From: an uncultured Lentisphaeria bacterium
GTDB taxonomy: Bacteria > Verrucomicrobiota > Lentisphaeria > Victivallales > UBA1829
Assembly: GCA_905211485.1 (NCBI GenBank)
Contig: CAJMAW010000001.1
Span: forward strand, 254-64,253
Direction: 5' to 3'
Length of the DNA: 64,000 bases
The position numbers were made by a program, and so were the translations under genes. Of the stretch, positions 37,283-46,800 are shown piece by piece. The notes below the pieces were generated by a model. The model was not told the origin of the DNA and ran no database searches. It saw nothing but the letters and a program-made list of their open reading frames with translations. Each line of letters begins with the position of its first letter. Position 1 is the stretch's first letter.

Positions 37283-39364
37283 ATGATGGAAAAGTACTAC
37301 CTGGGAATTGATATCGGTTCAACCACGTTCAAAGCGGTTCTGCTGACGGAGGACGGGAAGGTCTTCCACAGTACATACCAGCGGACGAAGCCTGTTGATT
37401 CCGGGAGACTGACCTGCAGCGGGCGCTGTTCGAGCTGCGGCGCGTGCAACATGGGATCCGTGAAAAAGATTGTGGAGGCATTTCTGGCGGAGGCGGGAAT
37501 TGCTCAGGAAGCGGTATGCTGTACAGTGGTGACCGGCAGTCAGATTGTTGAGGATACGCGTCGTTTTATCCATTATGATTTTCAGGTCAGCGAAGTTTCC
37601 GCCCATGTGGCGGGAGCGCGTCATTTTCATCCGGAGGTGAAAGCGATTCTGGATGTCGGGGGGCAGGACAGCAAGGCGATGATTTACAACGAGGCCATGG
37701 GAATGTGGACCTCGAAAATGAGCGGGATCTGCGCCGCGGGGACCGGGGCGTTTCTGGACAGCGTCGCGGCGAAGCTCAATGTTCCTGTGGAACAGATGGC
37801 CGAGAAGGTGGATTATGATTCGGATCTGGAGTTTTCCAGCATCTGTGCGGTGCTCAGCGCTACTTCCATCAACAAATTCAAGAATCGTTTTCCTCTCGGT
37901 CAGATCATAGCGGGAGCCTGCCGCGCGCAGGCGAGGACCATTATTTCCGGTGTCGGGGAACTGCTGTTCAATTATAAGGGCGACATTGTGTTTCAGGGGG
38001 GAGTCGCTTCCAACCGGGCCGTCGCGCATTATCTGCATGAGATCACGAACAACAATGTGATTATTCCGGAATATCACCGTGTGATGGGTGCGCTCGGCGC
38101 GGCCTGTCTGGCCCGGCAGTATGCGGGGCTGAAGGACCGTCTGGTGCTGAAACGGGTGGAGTATCCCTCTGCCGAAGTGCCGCTCAAGTCCGTGGCGATG
38201 CGTTCCAACATGACGCGCAAGGACTTTTTCTCCAAGAGCAACATGCCCACCGTGTGGCGGAATCTCTTTTTCCCCACTGAGATTCTGAACGCTCTCGGCG
38301 TGAAAATGCTGACCCTTGAAACCTATGCTGCGCTGTTTGCCAGAAATTCCAAGCGTGTGAAAAAAGCCTTTGACATAGCGGCATACAAGGGATTTGCGGG
38401 GGAAACCTGTTCCTTTCTGCGTGTTCTGGAGGGAATTGAACTGAATCCGCCCGGATTTGCGGTGTCCACCTCCCAGCCCTGCCAGCAGGGGGAGAGAATC
38501 TTTCAGGACCTGGCGCGGCAGTATCATTTCACGGACAAGTTTTATTCTCTTCACACACCGGTGAACATGAATGATGAAAATGCGGTTGAAACCATCGCGG
38601 AGGGGCTGCAGAAATCGGTTTCCCTGATGGAAAAGGCGCTGAATCTGAAGATGGATCCCGGCCGTTTGTCGGAAGCGTGTCATTTTTCAAATCTTGCGGC
38701 GGAGATTTCCAAGAAGTGCAACGAGCTCCGCTGGTACAGCCCCCCGCTCATCCGCGGGGCTGAAGGAATTTACAACGCCATCCTCTTTTCCCAGCTCTGG
38801 GGCCGCAGGGAACTGATTGACATCCAAAAACAGTTTTATGAGGAACTTCTTGCCAGAAAAGAGATTATGGAAAAACGCTATCGCATTGAGGATACGCATC
38901 GTCTGCTCTGGCTCCATCTGCCGCCTTTTTACGACACAAAGATTTTGGATTATCTGGAATCCGGATGCAATGCGCCGATTGTTTTTGAAGAGGTCAACTT
39001 CGTCGACTGGCTGGATCTGGATCCGGACGATCCGTACCGTTCGCTGGCACGGAAGCTCCTGACTGTCGGGTATCTGGATCCCAAGCTGAGGGTCCATTAC
39101 ATCAGTTCCAACGCCGAAAAGGCCAAGCTGAACGGCTGCGTGCTCTACAACCACGGTTTCGGGCGCTGCTCTCTTGCAGACAGCTGTTTCACCAAGCATC
39201 TCCGCGAAGAATTGAGAAAAGTCAATCTCCCGCTCCTGATCCTGGACGGGGACTGCATGGATCCGACGACCGATCCCTGCAGCACTTCCACGAAAATTAC
39301 TGCGTTTGTCGAATCCTTGAATTCCAAGAAGTATCACAATATTTTCGGGCCGGTGAAATCATAA
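37283..39364 (+). CDS. Fusion protein: BcrAD/BadFG (HgdC-type) activase ATPase plus a 2-hydroxyacyl-CoA-dehydratase-family domain
   Basis: N-terminal ASKHA motifs are YYLGIDIGSTTFKAVL, ILDVGGQDSKAMIY, GICAAGTGAFLD and FQGGVASNRAV, with a Cys-rich insert CSGRCSSCGACNMG. The C-terminal ~390 aa is HgdB/D-component-like (GETCSFLRV...NHGFGRCSLADSCF). Start ambiguous (GTG 37235, ATG 37253 or ATG 37283). Confidence 0.8.
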   Translation: MMEKYYLGIDIGSTTFKAVLLTEDGKVFHSTYQRTKPVDSGRLTCSGRCSSCGACNMGSVKKIVEAFLAEAGIAQEAVCCTVVTGSQIVEDTRRFIHYDFQVSEVSAHVAGARHFHPEVKAILDVGGQDSKAMIYNEAMGMWTSKMSGICAAGTGAFLDSVAAKLNVPVEQMAEKVDYDSDLEFSSICAVLSATSINKFKNRFPLGQIIAGACRAQARTIISGVGELLFNYKGDIVFQGGVASNRAVAHYLHEITNNNVIIPEYHRVMGALGAACLARQYAGLKDRLVLKRVEYPSAEVPLKSVAMRSNMTRKDFFSKSNMPTVWRNLFFPTEILNALGVKMLTLETYAALFARNSKRVKKAFDIAAYKGFAGETCSFLRVLEGIELNPPGFAVSTSQPCQQGERIFQDLARQYHFTDKFYSLHTPVNMNDENAVETIAEGLQKSVSLMEKALNLKMDPGRLSEACHFSNLAAEISKKCNELRWYSPPLIRGAEGIYNAILFSQLWGRRELIDIQKQFYEELLARKEIMEKRYRIEDTHRLLWLHLPPFYDTKILDYLESGCNAPIVFEEVNFVDWLDLDPDDPYRSLARKLLTVGYLDPKLRVHYISSNAEKAKLNGCVLYNHGFGRCSLADSCFTKHLREELRKVNLPLLILDGDCMDPTTDPCSTSTKITAFVESLNSKKYHNIFGPVKS

Positions 39365-39525
39365 AATCCCTTCGGAATCACTTTCCCTCATTTGCCGGGC
39401 ATTGTTTCCGGAAGGGAAGAGAGAGGGCAAGAAGGGGGGAAGGCCTTCTTCTTTTTTGTTGACTTCAGTTGACTTCAATTGAATGAACTTTCGTTTTTGT
39501 GAATGGATGAAGTGAGGTGACAGCC

Positions 39526-39891
39526 ATGATTAGGAAACAGTCGGATTATTTCCCGGAGCGCCGTCATGAAATGCGAGGCGGCAGAGGCGATGCCCTGTTC
39601 CAGCATATCTGGAAGCCCGGTGAAGAAATGAAATCGTGCACAAGGCTTTTTTCAAAAATCATTCTCGAGCCCGGAAATTCGATCGGTTTTCATGTCCATG
39701 AAGGGGAGGAGGAAATCTTTTTCGTTCTCAGGGGGCGTGCGGAAGTGGATGACAACGGCGTCCGGAAGATTCTCGAACCCGGAGACAGCATTCTCACACG
39801 CGGCGGGGAAGGGCATTCCATCGCCGCTTCCGGGAATGAGACTCTGGAAGTTCTTGCCGTCATCGGCACCTATCCCGGGAAATCTTCCTGA
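39526..39891 (+). CDS. Cupin-domain protein
   Basis: GNSIGFHVHEGEEEIFFVLRGRAEVDDNG...PGDSILTRGGEGHSI matches the two-motif cupin pattern. ATG 39526 has GAGGTG 8 nt upstream. Confidence 0.8.
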   Translation: MIRKQSDYFPERRHEMRGGRGDALFQHIWKPGEEMKSCTRLFSKIILEPGNSIGFHVHEGEEEIFFVLRGRAEVDDNGVRKILEPGDSILTRGGEGHSIAASGNETLEVLAVIGTYPGKSS

Positions 39892-40615
39892 CACCCCGCC
39901 TCACACGAAAGGGGGCGTGCGCTCTGGCGATTTTTCCCTCTTTTCTCTCCCCTCTGTATGGCACGGAAAAGAGGAAGAGAGAAACGGCCTGAAGACAAAG
40001 TAATGCCGGGGAATCATCCCGCTCCGGGGAGCGGGGATTTCAAGAAGAGCAGAAGCATTGTATCCCCTTTTTTCTTTTCCGGGAATGCGGGATTTATTCC
40101 ATTGGGGTTAATACCTCGCTCCTTGGGGTGACCTTTTTGTTCTTTGCTTTTTCCATTTTTGCGTCCAGCTCGTTTACGAGCTGTGTAAGAGCGGGCGTAA
40201 TACCGGGTGGCTTGCCGCGCGGATAGCTTGTTGCTCTGAAGCAAAAATTTTATTTCCTGTTCCCCTGGATTGCATCCGGCTTGTGAACGCTCTCGCTTTA
40301 TCTCCAGGGGGAGAGAAAAAGCGCCTCGGCATTTTCATGATCTGGCGTCATACGTTCTCCAGTGCTCTGTTACGGATTTGTTTCCCCTCGTGAATTGATT
40401 TTTTGAAATATTCTTCAGAAGGGGGGGAGGGGGAAAGGGCGCTTGAAAGCCGTTTTTCCCAGAGAAGGTATCTGGGGGAAAAAGAAGAAGCGGGGGGAAA
40501 AAACACTCAGAACACTCTGAAGAGCAGAGAACCAGGCTTTTCCGATCTGTTCTGTAAAGGCGTGGGAGACACTGTGCTGTGTAGTACGCGCCGTGAGCTG
40601 CGTTTATTCCCAGTG

Positions 40616-42955
40616 TCAGCGGCTGTCTGATTTGGATGTGTTGAAAAGCTGAATCAGTTCCGCTTTCCATTTTTCGTATTCGGGGGCGCCTTCCAGCTGG
40701 CGGAGGAGTGTCTGAGCCATGATTTCAGCGCGTTTCCGATCTCCGGGGAGTGCGTAGCGGATTCTCCGGATTGTATTTTCGCGGAGGAGGCGGACTTGTT
40801 CATAGAGTTCGGTATTGGCCGGCTGGAGTTTCAAGGCGTTTCCCGGATTGCCCTTCAGGAGTTCCAGGGCGGACTTCACTTCCTTTTCCTCGCCCGGGCT
40901 CATGGAGTTTTTAGCGGAAAGGATCTGCCAGAGGGTATCCGTGGAGAACTGTGTCCAGGGCTTCTGGTGGATTTTGCCGTCCTCCTGATAATCGATGTAC
41001 CCGCCGGAAATGACGACGATTTTCGCTCCGCTGCCGAAGGATGTGAGCGCATACTTTGTTCCGCTTCCCGTGACAGCCGTATCAATTCTGGAGATACGTG
41101 CGTTTTCCGTTTCGCATTTCCGGATCCAGTCCTTCAGTTCCGGAGAGCGGATGGATTCCATTGTGAGCATGACGTCGATATCGTTGAAACGGCGTTGTTC
41201 TCTGAGTTTCAGAATCTGGGTTCGGATGTCGTCTTTCCTGATTTTCAGGAGAAGCGGGGAAACTGCCTCGTACTTCCGTCTGAAGGACTCTGCGGCGGCA
41301 CTTTGAGTCTTGAGTTCCTTTTTCAACGTGAGGATTTCCTCGTTCAGCAGAGCCAGCTGCTGCGGATCCGTATCAGAGTTTTGCTGCGGAGAAGAAGGAG
41401 ACGAAGAGGATTCGGAAACGCCTGCGGGTTCTCCGGAAGCCTGATCCGTTCCTGATTCCGCAGATGGTTCCGGCTGCTGCTGTCCCGTGGAGGGCTGAGA
41501 GGTTTCCTTTGCGGAGGCCAGAGCCGTTTTCAGATCCGTATTCTCCTGACGGAGGGCGGCAAGATCCGAGAGCGCGGCATCTTTTTCCGTTTCCAGACGG
41601 GAAACGGACGCTTCCAGTGCCTCCTGGCTGCGTTCCAGCATGATGCTTCTGATTTTCGCCGCAAAATACTGTTCCGCCGTATTCTGGATCGGAGTGACTT
41701 TTTTGAGCAGGGCTTCCCCTTCTGTGAGAATGACCTGAAGCTCCATGGACCTGTCCGCCGCGAAGCGTTCAAAACTGGCGGCATCCTCCAGGAGCTTTTT
41801 TTCCTTTTCGGTCATCCGGTTTCCGAAAAGGAAACTCAGAATGATGAGCAGGATCAGCAGCAGGGGCAGGGCAATGAGGACAAGCTTCATATAGTCGTAG
41901 CGGGATTTGATCTGCTGCTCCATCTTCTTGACATGGCGTTTTTCGGCAATGGACTCATGCTGAATGTCATAGTCCAGCCTTTTGATGGAGATGGTGTGGA
42001 CGTCCGGGATCAGGCTTTTGTTCGGCGCGGTTTTCTGGCGGATCATCCAGATTTCATTGAGGAGCGCCTCCATGTCCTGGAAACGGTCGTCCGGATGTTT
42101 CGCCATCATTTTGTGAACGAGGGCGTCCACTTTGGGGGGAATGTTCGGATCCAGGTGATGGAGTGCTTCCGCGTTTTCCTCGAAATGCTGTCTGGCGACG
42201 CTCTTGATCGTTTCCGCACAGAAGGGCAGACGGCCGGAAAGCATCTGGTAAAGCGTGACGCCCAAACTGTAGATGTCGCTCCTCGTATCGAGTTTTTCCC
42301 CGCAGAACTGTTCCGGACTCATGTAGGAGGGACTCCCCGAAATTTCCATGCCCTCCCTCCATTCGCTCTGGTTGATGGCAAGCCCGAGATCCGTGAGCTT
42401 GACGATTCCGTCTTCGGTGATCATGATGTTGTCCGGCTTCACGTCGCGGTGAATCAGCCTGCTTTCATCCCAGGCGTAATAGAGCGCCTCCGCAACCTGC
42501 TGGACAATATGAAGTGCTTCATCCACCGGAATTTTCTTTTCCCGACGGAGACGGCTTTTGAGAGTCTCGCCGCTGATATAAGTCATGGCCATGAAATAGA
42601 CTCCGTTGTCCTCCCCGACTGCATAGGACTGAACCAGATTGGTATGGCTCAGCTTTGCCGCGGCCCTGGCTTCTCTCAGAAAGTCGCGAGTTCCTTTGGC
42701 CGTGATATATTCGGGAAACAGGATTTTCAGCGCCACGGGCCGGTCAAGTGAAATCTGCGTCGCTTTGTAGACCGCTCCGATGGAACCGGCCCCGAGTTTG
42801 CTGTTGAGCACAAAATCCCCCACAATGCATCCTTCGTCAAACGGATTGGAAGGTACGAGAATGCTTTTCCCGCAGCTGGTGCAGTTGGTGCGGTAACCGC
42901 GTGCGGAATCATCCACGCTCATTGCATAAAAACAAAAAGGACAACTGAATCTCAT
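40616..42955 (-). CDS. Hanks-type Ser/Thr protein kinase with N-terminal zinc ribbon, one TM segment, coiled coil and a C-terminal domain of unknown function
   Basis: CPFCFY...CTSCGK provides two CxxC pairs. Kinase motifs are GAGSIGAVYKA, HRDVKPDNIMI, DLGLA and SPSYMSPE. TM segment LVLIALPLLLILLIILSFLFG. The track start at 42991 is TTG; I use ATG 42955. Confidence 0.88.
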   Translation of the reverse strand: MRFSCPFCFYAMSVDDSARGYRTNCTSCGKSILVPSNPFDEGCIVGDFVLNSKLGAGSIGAVYKATQISLDRPVALKILFPEYITAKGTRDFLREARAAAKLSHTNLVQSYAVGEDNGVYFMAMTYISGETLKSRLRREKKIPVDEALHIVQQVAEALYYAWDESRLIHRDVKPDNIMITEDGIVKLTDLGLAINQSEWREGMEISGSPSYMSPEQFCGEKLDTRSDIYSLGVTLYQMLSGRLPFCAETIKSVARQHFEENAEALHHLDPNIPPKVDALVHKMMAKHPDDRFQDMEALLNEIWMIRQKTAPNKSLIPDVHTISIKRLDYDIQHESIAEKRHVKKMEQQIKSRYDYMKLVLIALPLLLILLIILSFLFGNRMTEKEKKLLEDAASFERFAADRSMELQVILTEGEALLKKVTPIQNTAEQYFAAKIRSIMLERSQEALEASVSRLETEKDAALSDLAALRQENTDLKTALASAKETSQPSTGQQQPEPSAESGTDQASGEPAGVSESSSSPSSPQQNSDTDPQQLALLNEEILTLKKELKTQSAAAESFRRKYEAVSPLLLKIRKDDIRTQILKLREQRRFNDIDVMLTMESIRSPELKDWIRKCETENARISRIDTAVTGSGTKYALTSFGSGAKIVVISGGYIDYQEDGKIHQKPWTQFSTDTLWQILSAKNSMSPGEEKEVKSALELLKGNPGNALKLQPANTELYEQVRLLRENTIRRIRYALPGDRKRAEIMAQTLLRQLEGAPEYEKWKAELIQLFNTSKSDSR

Positions 42956-43277
42956 GGCGTGCTGCACATCTTTCCGGTTTGCAGAACTCAACTCTCAAAA
43001 ACCCCATAAATATGACACCGGAAACGTTATTTTCAAATTTTCCCGTTCTTCTTTCCCAGGAAAGATGTCTCCTTCCCTTTCTTTCCCGGAGGGGGCAGGT
43101 CCGGCGATCCTTTCCTTTCCCTCTCTTCTCATTCTTCCTGTTACTCCTGCATTCCTCTTCTTCGCGTCCTCCCCCTCCGCGGCGCGAAAATCAGGGACTT
43201 TACGGATGGAACGCTTTCATTTGCCTTCACTTCGTGTATATTAACGGAATATGAAGATGTGGAGGACAGGAAAATAC

Positions 43278-44099
43278 ATGCTCAAACCCTATCTCAATGA
43301 CCCTTTTGCTTCCCGCTGGCTTTCCTCCGGCAATTCATCCTCCGCCCTGTTTGAGCACGCGTTTTCTCTGGAGGGCCAGGTTTTCCGGAATGTCAAGAAC
43401 CGAAAGACACTGCGTTTTTTCCTGGAGGGGAAACCCTACTTCGTCAAACTTCACCGCGGCGTGGGCTGGAGGGAAATCTTCAAAAACCTCTTTCAGCTGA
43501 AAAAGCCCGTCCTTGGTGCAGCCAACGAGTATCTTGCCATCCGGAAATTCGAGGCGCTGGGGCTGGACACCATGAAAATCGCCGCCTTCGCCGAACGGGG
43601 GCTCAATCCCGCCTCCCGCGAATCTTTCCTGGTGACCGAGGAACTCTGCAATATGACCAGTCTGGAGGACTTCTGCTCCGGGTGGAAAGACAACCCGCCC
43701 CCTTCCGGATTGAAGCACCGCCTGATTTCGGAACTCGCGCGGATCTGTTCCGTCATGCACGGTGCGGGCGTCAATCACCGGGACTGCTACATCTGTCATT
43801 TTCTGCTGGACCGCAGCTCGTTTGAAAAAGGGGAACTGCGTTTATTCGTGCTGGACCTGCACCGTGCGGAGATCCGGAGACGGATTCCCCGGAGAATGCA
43901 GGTCAAGGATCTTGCCGGCATTTTTTTCTCGTCCATGGATCTGGGACTCGGGAAAAGAGACGCCCTGCGCTTTATCGCGGCCTATTCCCGGGGAGGTGCG
44001 CCCGTGGACAAGTCCCTCTGGCGGGATGTCCTGAACACGGCGGTCAAACTGTACCGCAAGGAATTCTCCCGTTCTCCCGAACTTCCCCCGGCGCAATAG
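43278..44099 (+). CDS. waaP: Lipopolysaccharide core heptose(I) kinase
   Basis: Colinear with my recollection of E. coli WaaP/RfaP (LEGQVFRNVKNRKTLRF..GKPYFVKLHRG...PVLGAANEY...GVNHRDCYICHFLLD). ATG 43278 aligns with the E. coli N-terminus; the ORF opens at 43251. Confidence 0.88.
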   Translation: MLKPYLNDPFASRWLSSGNSSSALFEHAFSLEGQVFRNVKNRKTLRFFLEGKPYFVKLHRGVGWREIFKNLFQLKKPVLGAANEYLAIRKFEALGLDTMKIAAFAERGLNPASRESFLVTEELCNMTSLEDFCSGWKDNPPPSGLKHRLISELARICSVMHGAGVNHRDCYICHFLLDRSSFEKGELRLFVLDLHRAEIRRRIPRRMQVKDLAGIFFSSMDLGLGKRDALRFIAAYSRGGAPVDKSLWRDVLNTAVKLYRKEFSRSPELPPAQ

Positions 44100-44208
44100 G
44101 AAGGACGAAGGCGGGTTTTCCCCTGAAAATCTTCCTCCTCCCTTGCCTTTGGACACAGGTCCCCGAGTTTCTTCCCACCTTTGCTTTCCTCCGGAGTTTC
44201 TTCCTTTT

Positions 44209-45072
44209 TCAGCGGAAGGAGGCGATGTTCTTTCCCAGCGGACGGCTGACTCTCACGGAGGAGGGAATCACAACCCTCTGGAATCCGAATTCCGGGATTC
44301 CGAAGAGCATTGCGTAGCCGGGCCTGTAATGCTCCGGAATTCCCAGAAAGCGGAAGACTTCCGGAGCAGCCGAATGAAAGGCGGACATGGCTCTTCCGCA
44401 CCAGAGCGTCCCGATGTTTCTGCTCTGCGCATACAGTTCAAAATAGCTCAGCGCGATGATCGGGTCGATTTCGGCGCACGGCGCGTCCTCCGGGCTTGAC
44501 ACCAGCAGAAGGTGCGGCGCCCTACGGAAAATCGGATCCTCTCCTTTCAGAATCGCCTGTTTCGACGGCGCGAATTTCATTGCCGGGGCGGAGTCCGGAG
44601 CTTTTTCCAGCAGTTCAAGAACTTTGGAATTGGTGTACTCGCGCAGTGTGTCCATGCTTTCCAGATTGTCGACCACGGCAAAATGAAGACGGTGATTGTT
44701 GACGCCTGTCGGGGAGAAACGCATGGCGTCCAGCAGTTCCCGGAGCGTTTCCTGCGGCACGTTTTCGCGCTTGTAATGGCGGAAGGAGCGCCGGCCCCGC
44801 AGCAGATCCCGCATTCTTTCCGGATCCGGGAAGATCCCGGGGGCCGGACAGCTGTCCGGAGAAATGCCGTCGATGGAAAGAGCTCCTTCCGGACAGATCA
44901 TGACGCAGTGTGCGCAGTGAATGCATCTGGCCGATCCTCCGTCCTCTGCCTCTTCCGGATATCCTCCCTCTTTCCCCATGGAAAGAACGCGGTTGACGCA
45001 TTTTTCAACACAGAGTCCGCAGCGTATGCATTTCCCATGGTCGATTTTCAGTTCGATGGATTCTTTATACAT
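44209..45072 (-). CDS. Nitroreductase-family protein with N-terminal 2x[4Fe-4S] ferredoxin domain
   Basis: CIRCGLCVEKC and CIHCAHCVMICP, followed by RRSFRHYKRENVPQETLRELLDAMRFSPTGVNNH (nitroreductase fold). Confidence 0.85.
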   Translation of the reverse strand: MYKESIELKIDHGKCIRCGLCVEKCVNRVLSMGKEGGYPEEAEDGGSARCIHCAHCVMICPEGALSIDGISPDSCPAPGIFPDPERMRDLLRGRRSFRHYKRENVPQETLRELLDAMRFSPTGVNNHRLHFAVVDNLESMDTLREYTNSKVLELLEKAPDSAPAMKFAPSKQAILKGEDPIFRRAPHLLLVSSPEDAPCAEIDPIIALSYFELYAQSRNIGTLWCGRAMSAFHSAAPEVFRFLGIPEHYRPGYAMLFGIPEFGFQRVVIPSSVRVSRPLGKNIASFR

Positions 45073-45537
45073 AAGAACATTCCTCCTTTTGCCTTCTGGT
45101 TGAATCCCGACAGGGAAATGTATACGGGCTGCTTCCTTTTTTCAAGTCCTCTGCCGGGAAAGCGGAGGGAGAGGAAAAGAAAAGAAAAAAAGGAAAAGAA
45201 ACAGTTCGGGAGGGAAAAAAGCAAGATTTCCCATTTTCCTTCCCTTCTTCCCCCCCCCCGGAAACAATCCGTTTCCGGGAGTCCGCTCTGAAGGAAAATG
45301 AGCTTGCAAGCAGGAGCTTCCTGTATTATATTCCGCAAGAGAAAGAGACGGCAGCTCCCGGGGAAATTCCGGCTTCCGCCTTCTGCGGCGTTATTACCGC
45401 GGCTGCTCTCTTTTTCGCGGAGAGACACGTGGATCTCTGGAGAAGAGACACCTCTCTCTCTCTGAGAAAACGCTGAAAAACAGAAAATGTATCAGGGATA
45501 AATCTGAAATCAGGAAAGAATACTTGGCTTCTTTGCA

Positions 45538-46695
45538 ATGAATCTGGCGTTTGCACTCTTCAAATACTTTCCCTTCGGAGGCCTCCAGCGCGACATGATG
45601 CGCATGGCGGAGAAAGCCGTCGCGCGCGGACATCAGGTGACGGTTTTTGTGTCGGAATGGAAGGATGCGCCTCTTCCCGCGGAGACGTCCGGGCTTTCCG
45701 TGCGCTTCCTGAAAACCCGTGCTCTGACGAATCACGGGGCCATGAAGGACTTTGAACGCCGTTTTCAGGAGGAGGTCCGTCTTCTTCCGGGACGATTCGA
45801 TCTGACCGTCGCTTTCAACCGGATTGCCGGATGCGATTTTTATTTTGCCGCGGATAACTGCCTTGCTGCGGAACTTCCGAAGAAACACAGTCGGCTCTCC
45901 CTTCGTTTCCATCCCCGTTACCGGGTCTTTCTGCAGATGGAATCCGCCATTTTCAGCCCCCGTTCGGAGACCCGGATCCTTTACATTGCTCCGCGCCAGA
46001 AAACGGACTATTCTGCCTGTTACGGAACGCAGGAACAGCGCTTTTTCCTTCTGCCTCCGGGGATGAATCCGGCCTGTCGTCGGCCGGAGACGGTTGCGGC
46101 TGCGGAGAGTCTCCGTGTTTCAAAACGTGCGGAACTCGGCCTTTCGCAAAACGATCTGGCACTTCTTCTTCTGGCTTCCAATTTTGATCTGAAGGGTGGA
46201 GACCGCGTCATCCGCGCGCTGGCGTCCCTTCCACCCGGGTGGAAGGATCGTTGTGTTCTGTGCCTGGCGGGACCGGGTTCCGTGAAACGCTGCATGGCTC
46301 TGGCATCGGCGCTGGGCGTGTCGGAGAAAATCCGCGTCCTCGGCGGCAGAAACGATGTGCCGGAGCTGCTGCTCGCTTCGGATCTGATGGTGCATCCGGC
46401 TCGGGAAGAATCCGCGGGAAGCGTTCTGGTCGAAGGAATTGCTTCGGGACTCCCTGTCCTCTGCAGCGGAGAATGCGGTTTTTCTCCCTATGTGCGCGAG
46501 TCCGGAGGCACGGTGCTCTCCGAACCCTTCTCCCAGCAGGAGCTGAATGAGCAGTTGAAATCCATGCTGCCCGGTCTGGAGGAAATTTCGCATTCCGTGC
46601 GTTCGTATGCCGGATCTGCCGATTTCTGCCGGAGGGAGGAAGTGGCGCTGGAATATCTGGAATCCGCTTTCCTCTCCGTCTCATCCCGGAAGTGA
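45538..46695 (+). CDS. waaG: GT4 lipopolysaccharide core glucosyltransferase I
   Basis: MNLAFALFKYFPFGGLQRDMMRMAEKAVARGHQVTVF and HPAREESAGSVLVEGIASGLPVL are colinear with my recollection of E. coli WaaG/RfaG. Confidence 0.85.
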   Translation: MNLAFALFKYFPFGGLQRDMMRMAEKAVARGHQVTVFVSEWKDAPLPAETSGLSVRFLKTRALTNHGAMKDFERRFQEEVRLLPGRFDLTVAFNRIAGCDFYFAADNCLAAELPKKHSRLSLRFHPRYRVFLQMESAIFSPRSETRILYIAPRQKTDYSACYGTQEQRFFLLPPGMNPACRRPETVAAAESLRVSKRAELGLSQNDLALLLLASNFDLKGGDRVIRALASLPPGWKDRCVLCLAGPGSVKRCMALASALGVSEKIRVLGGRNDVPELLLASDLMVHPAREESAGSVLVEGIASGLPVLCSGECGFSPYVRESGGTVLSEPFSQQELNEQLKSMLPGLEEISHSVRSYAGSADFCRREEVALEYLESAFLSVSSRK

Positions 46696-46800
46696 GAAAG
46701 GGCGCTGGAAGGAGGGGAAGGGAAGGAAAAAGAGGAGGAGGAGGGGGGAGGTACAAGCGTTTTCTTTCTCTCTTCTCGGCAGCATGATTCCGGAAGGAAT

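Noticed and set aside
40014-40244. 76-aa minus-strand ORF (MLQSNKLSARQATRYYARSYTARKRAGRKNGKSKEQKG...)
   Set aside because: It has a TTG start and a highly basic, low-complexity sequence with no homology-like features. A neighbouring frame looks more protein-like but is interrupted, so the region is reported as a possible decayed gene rather than a CDS.
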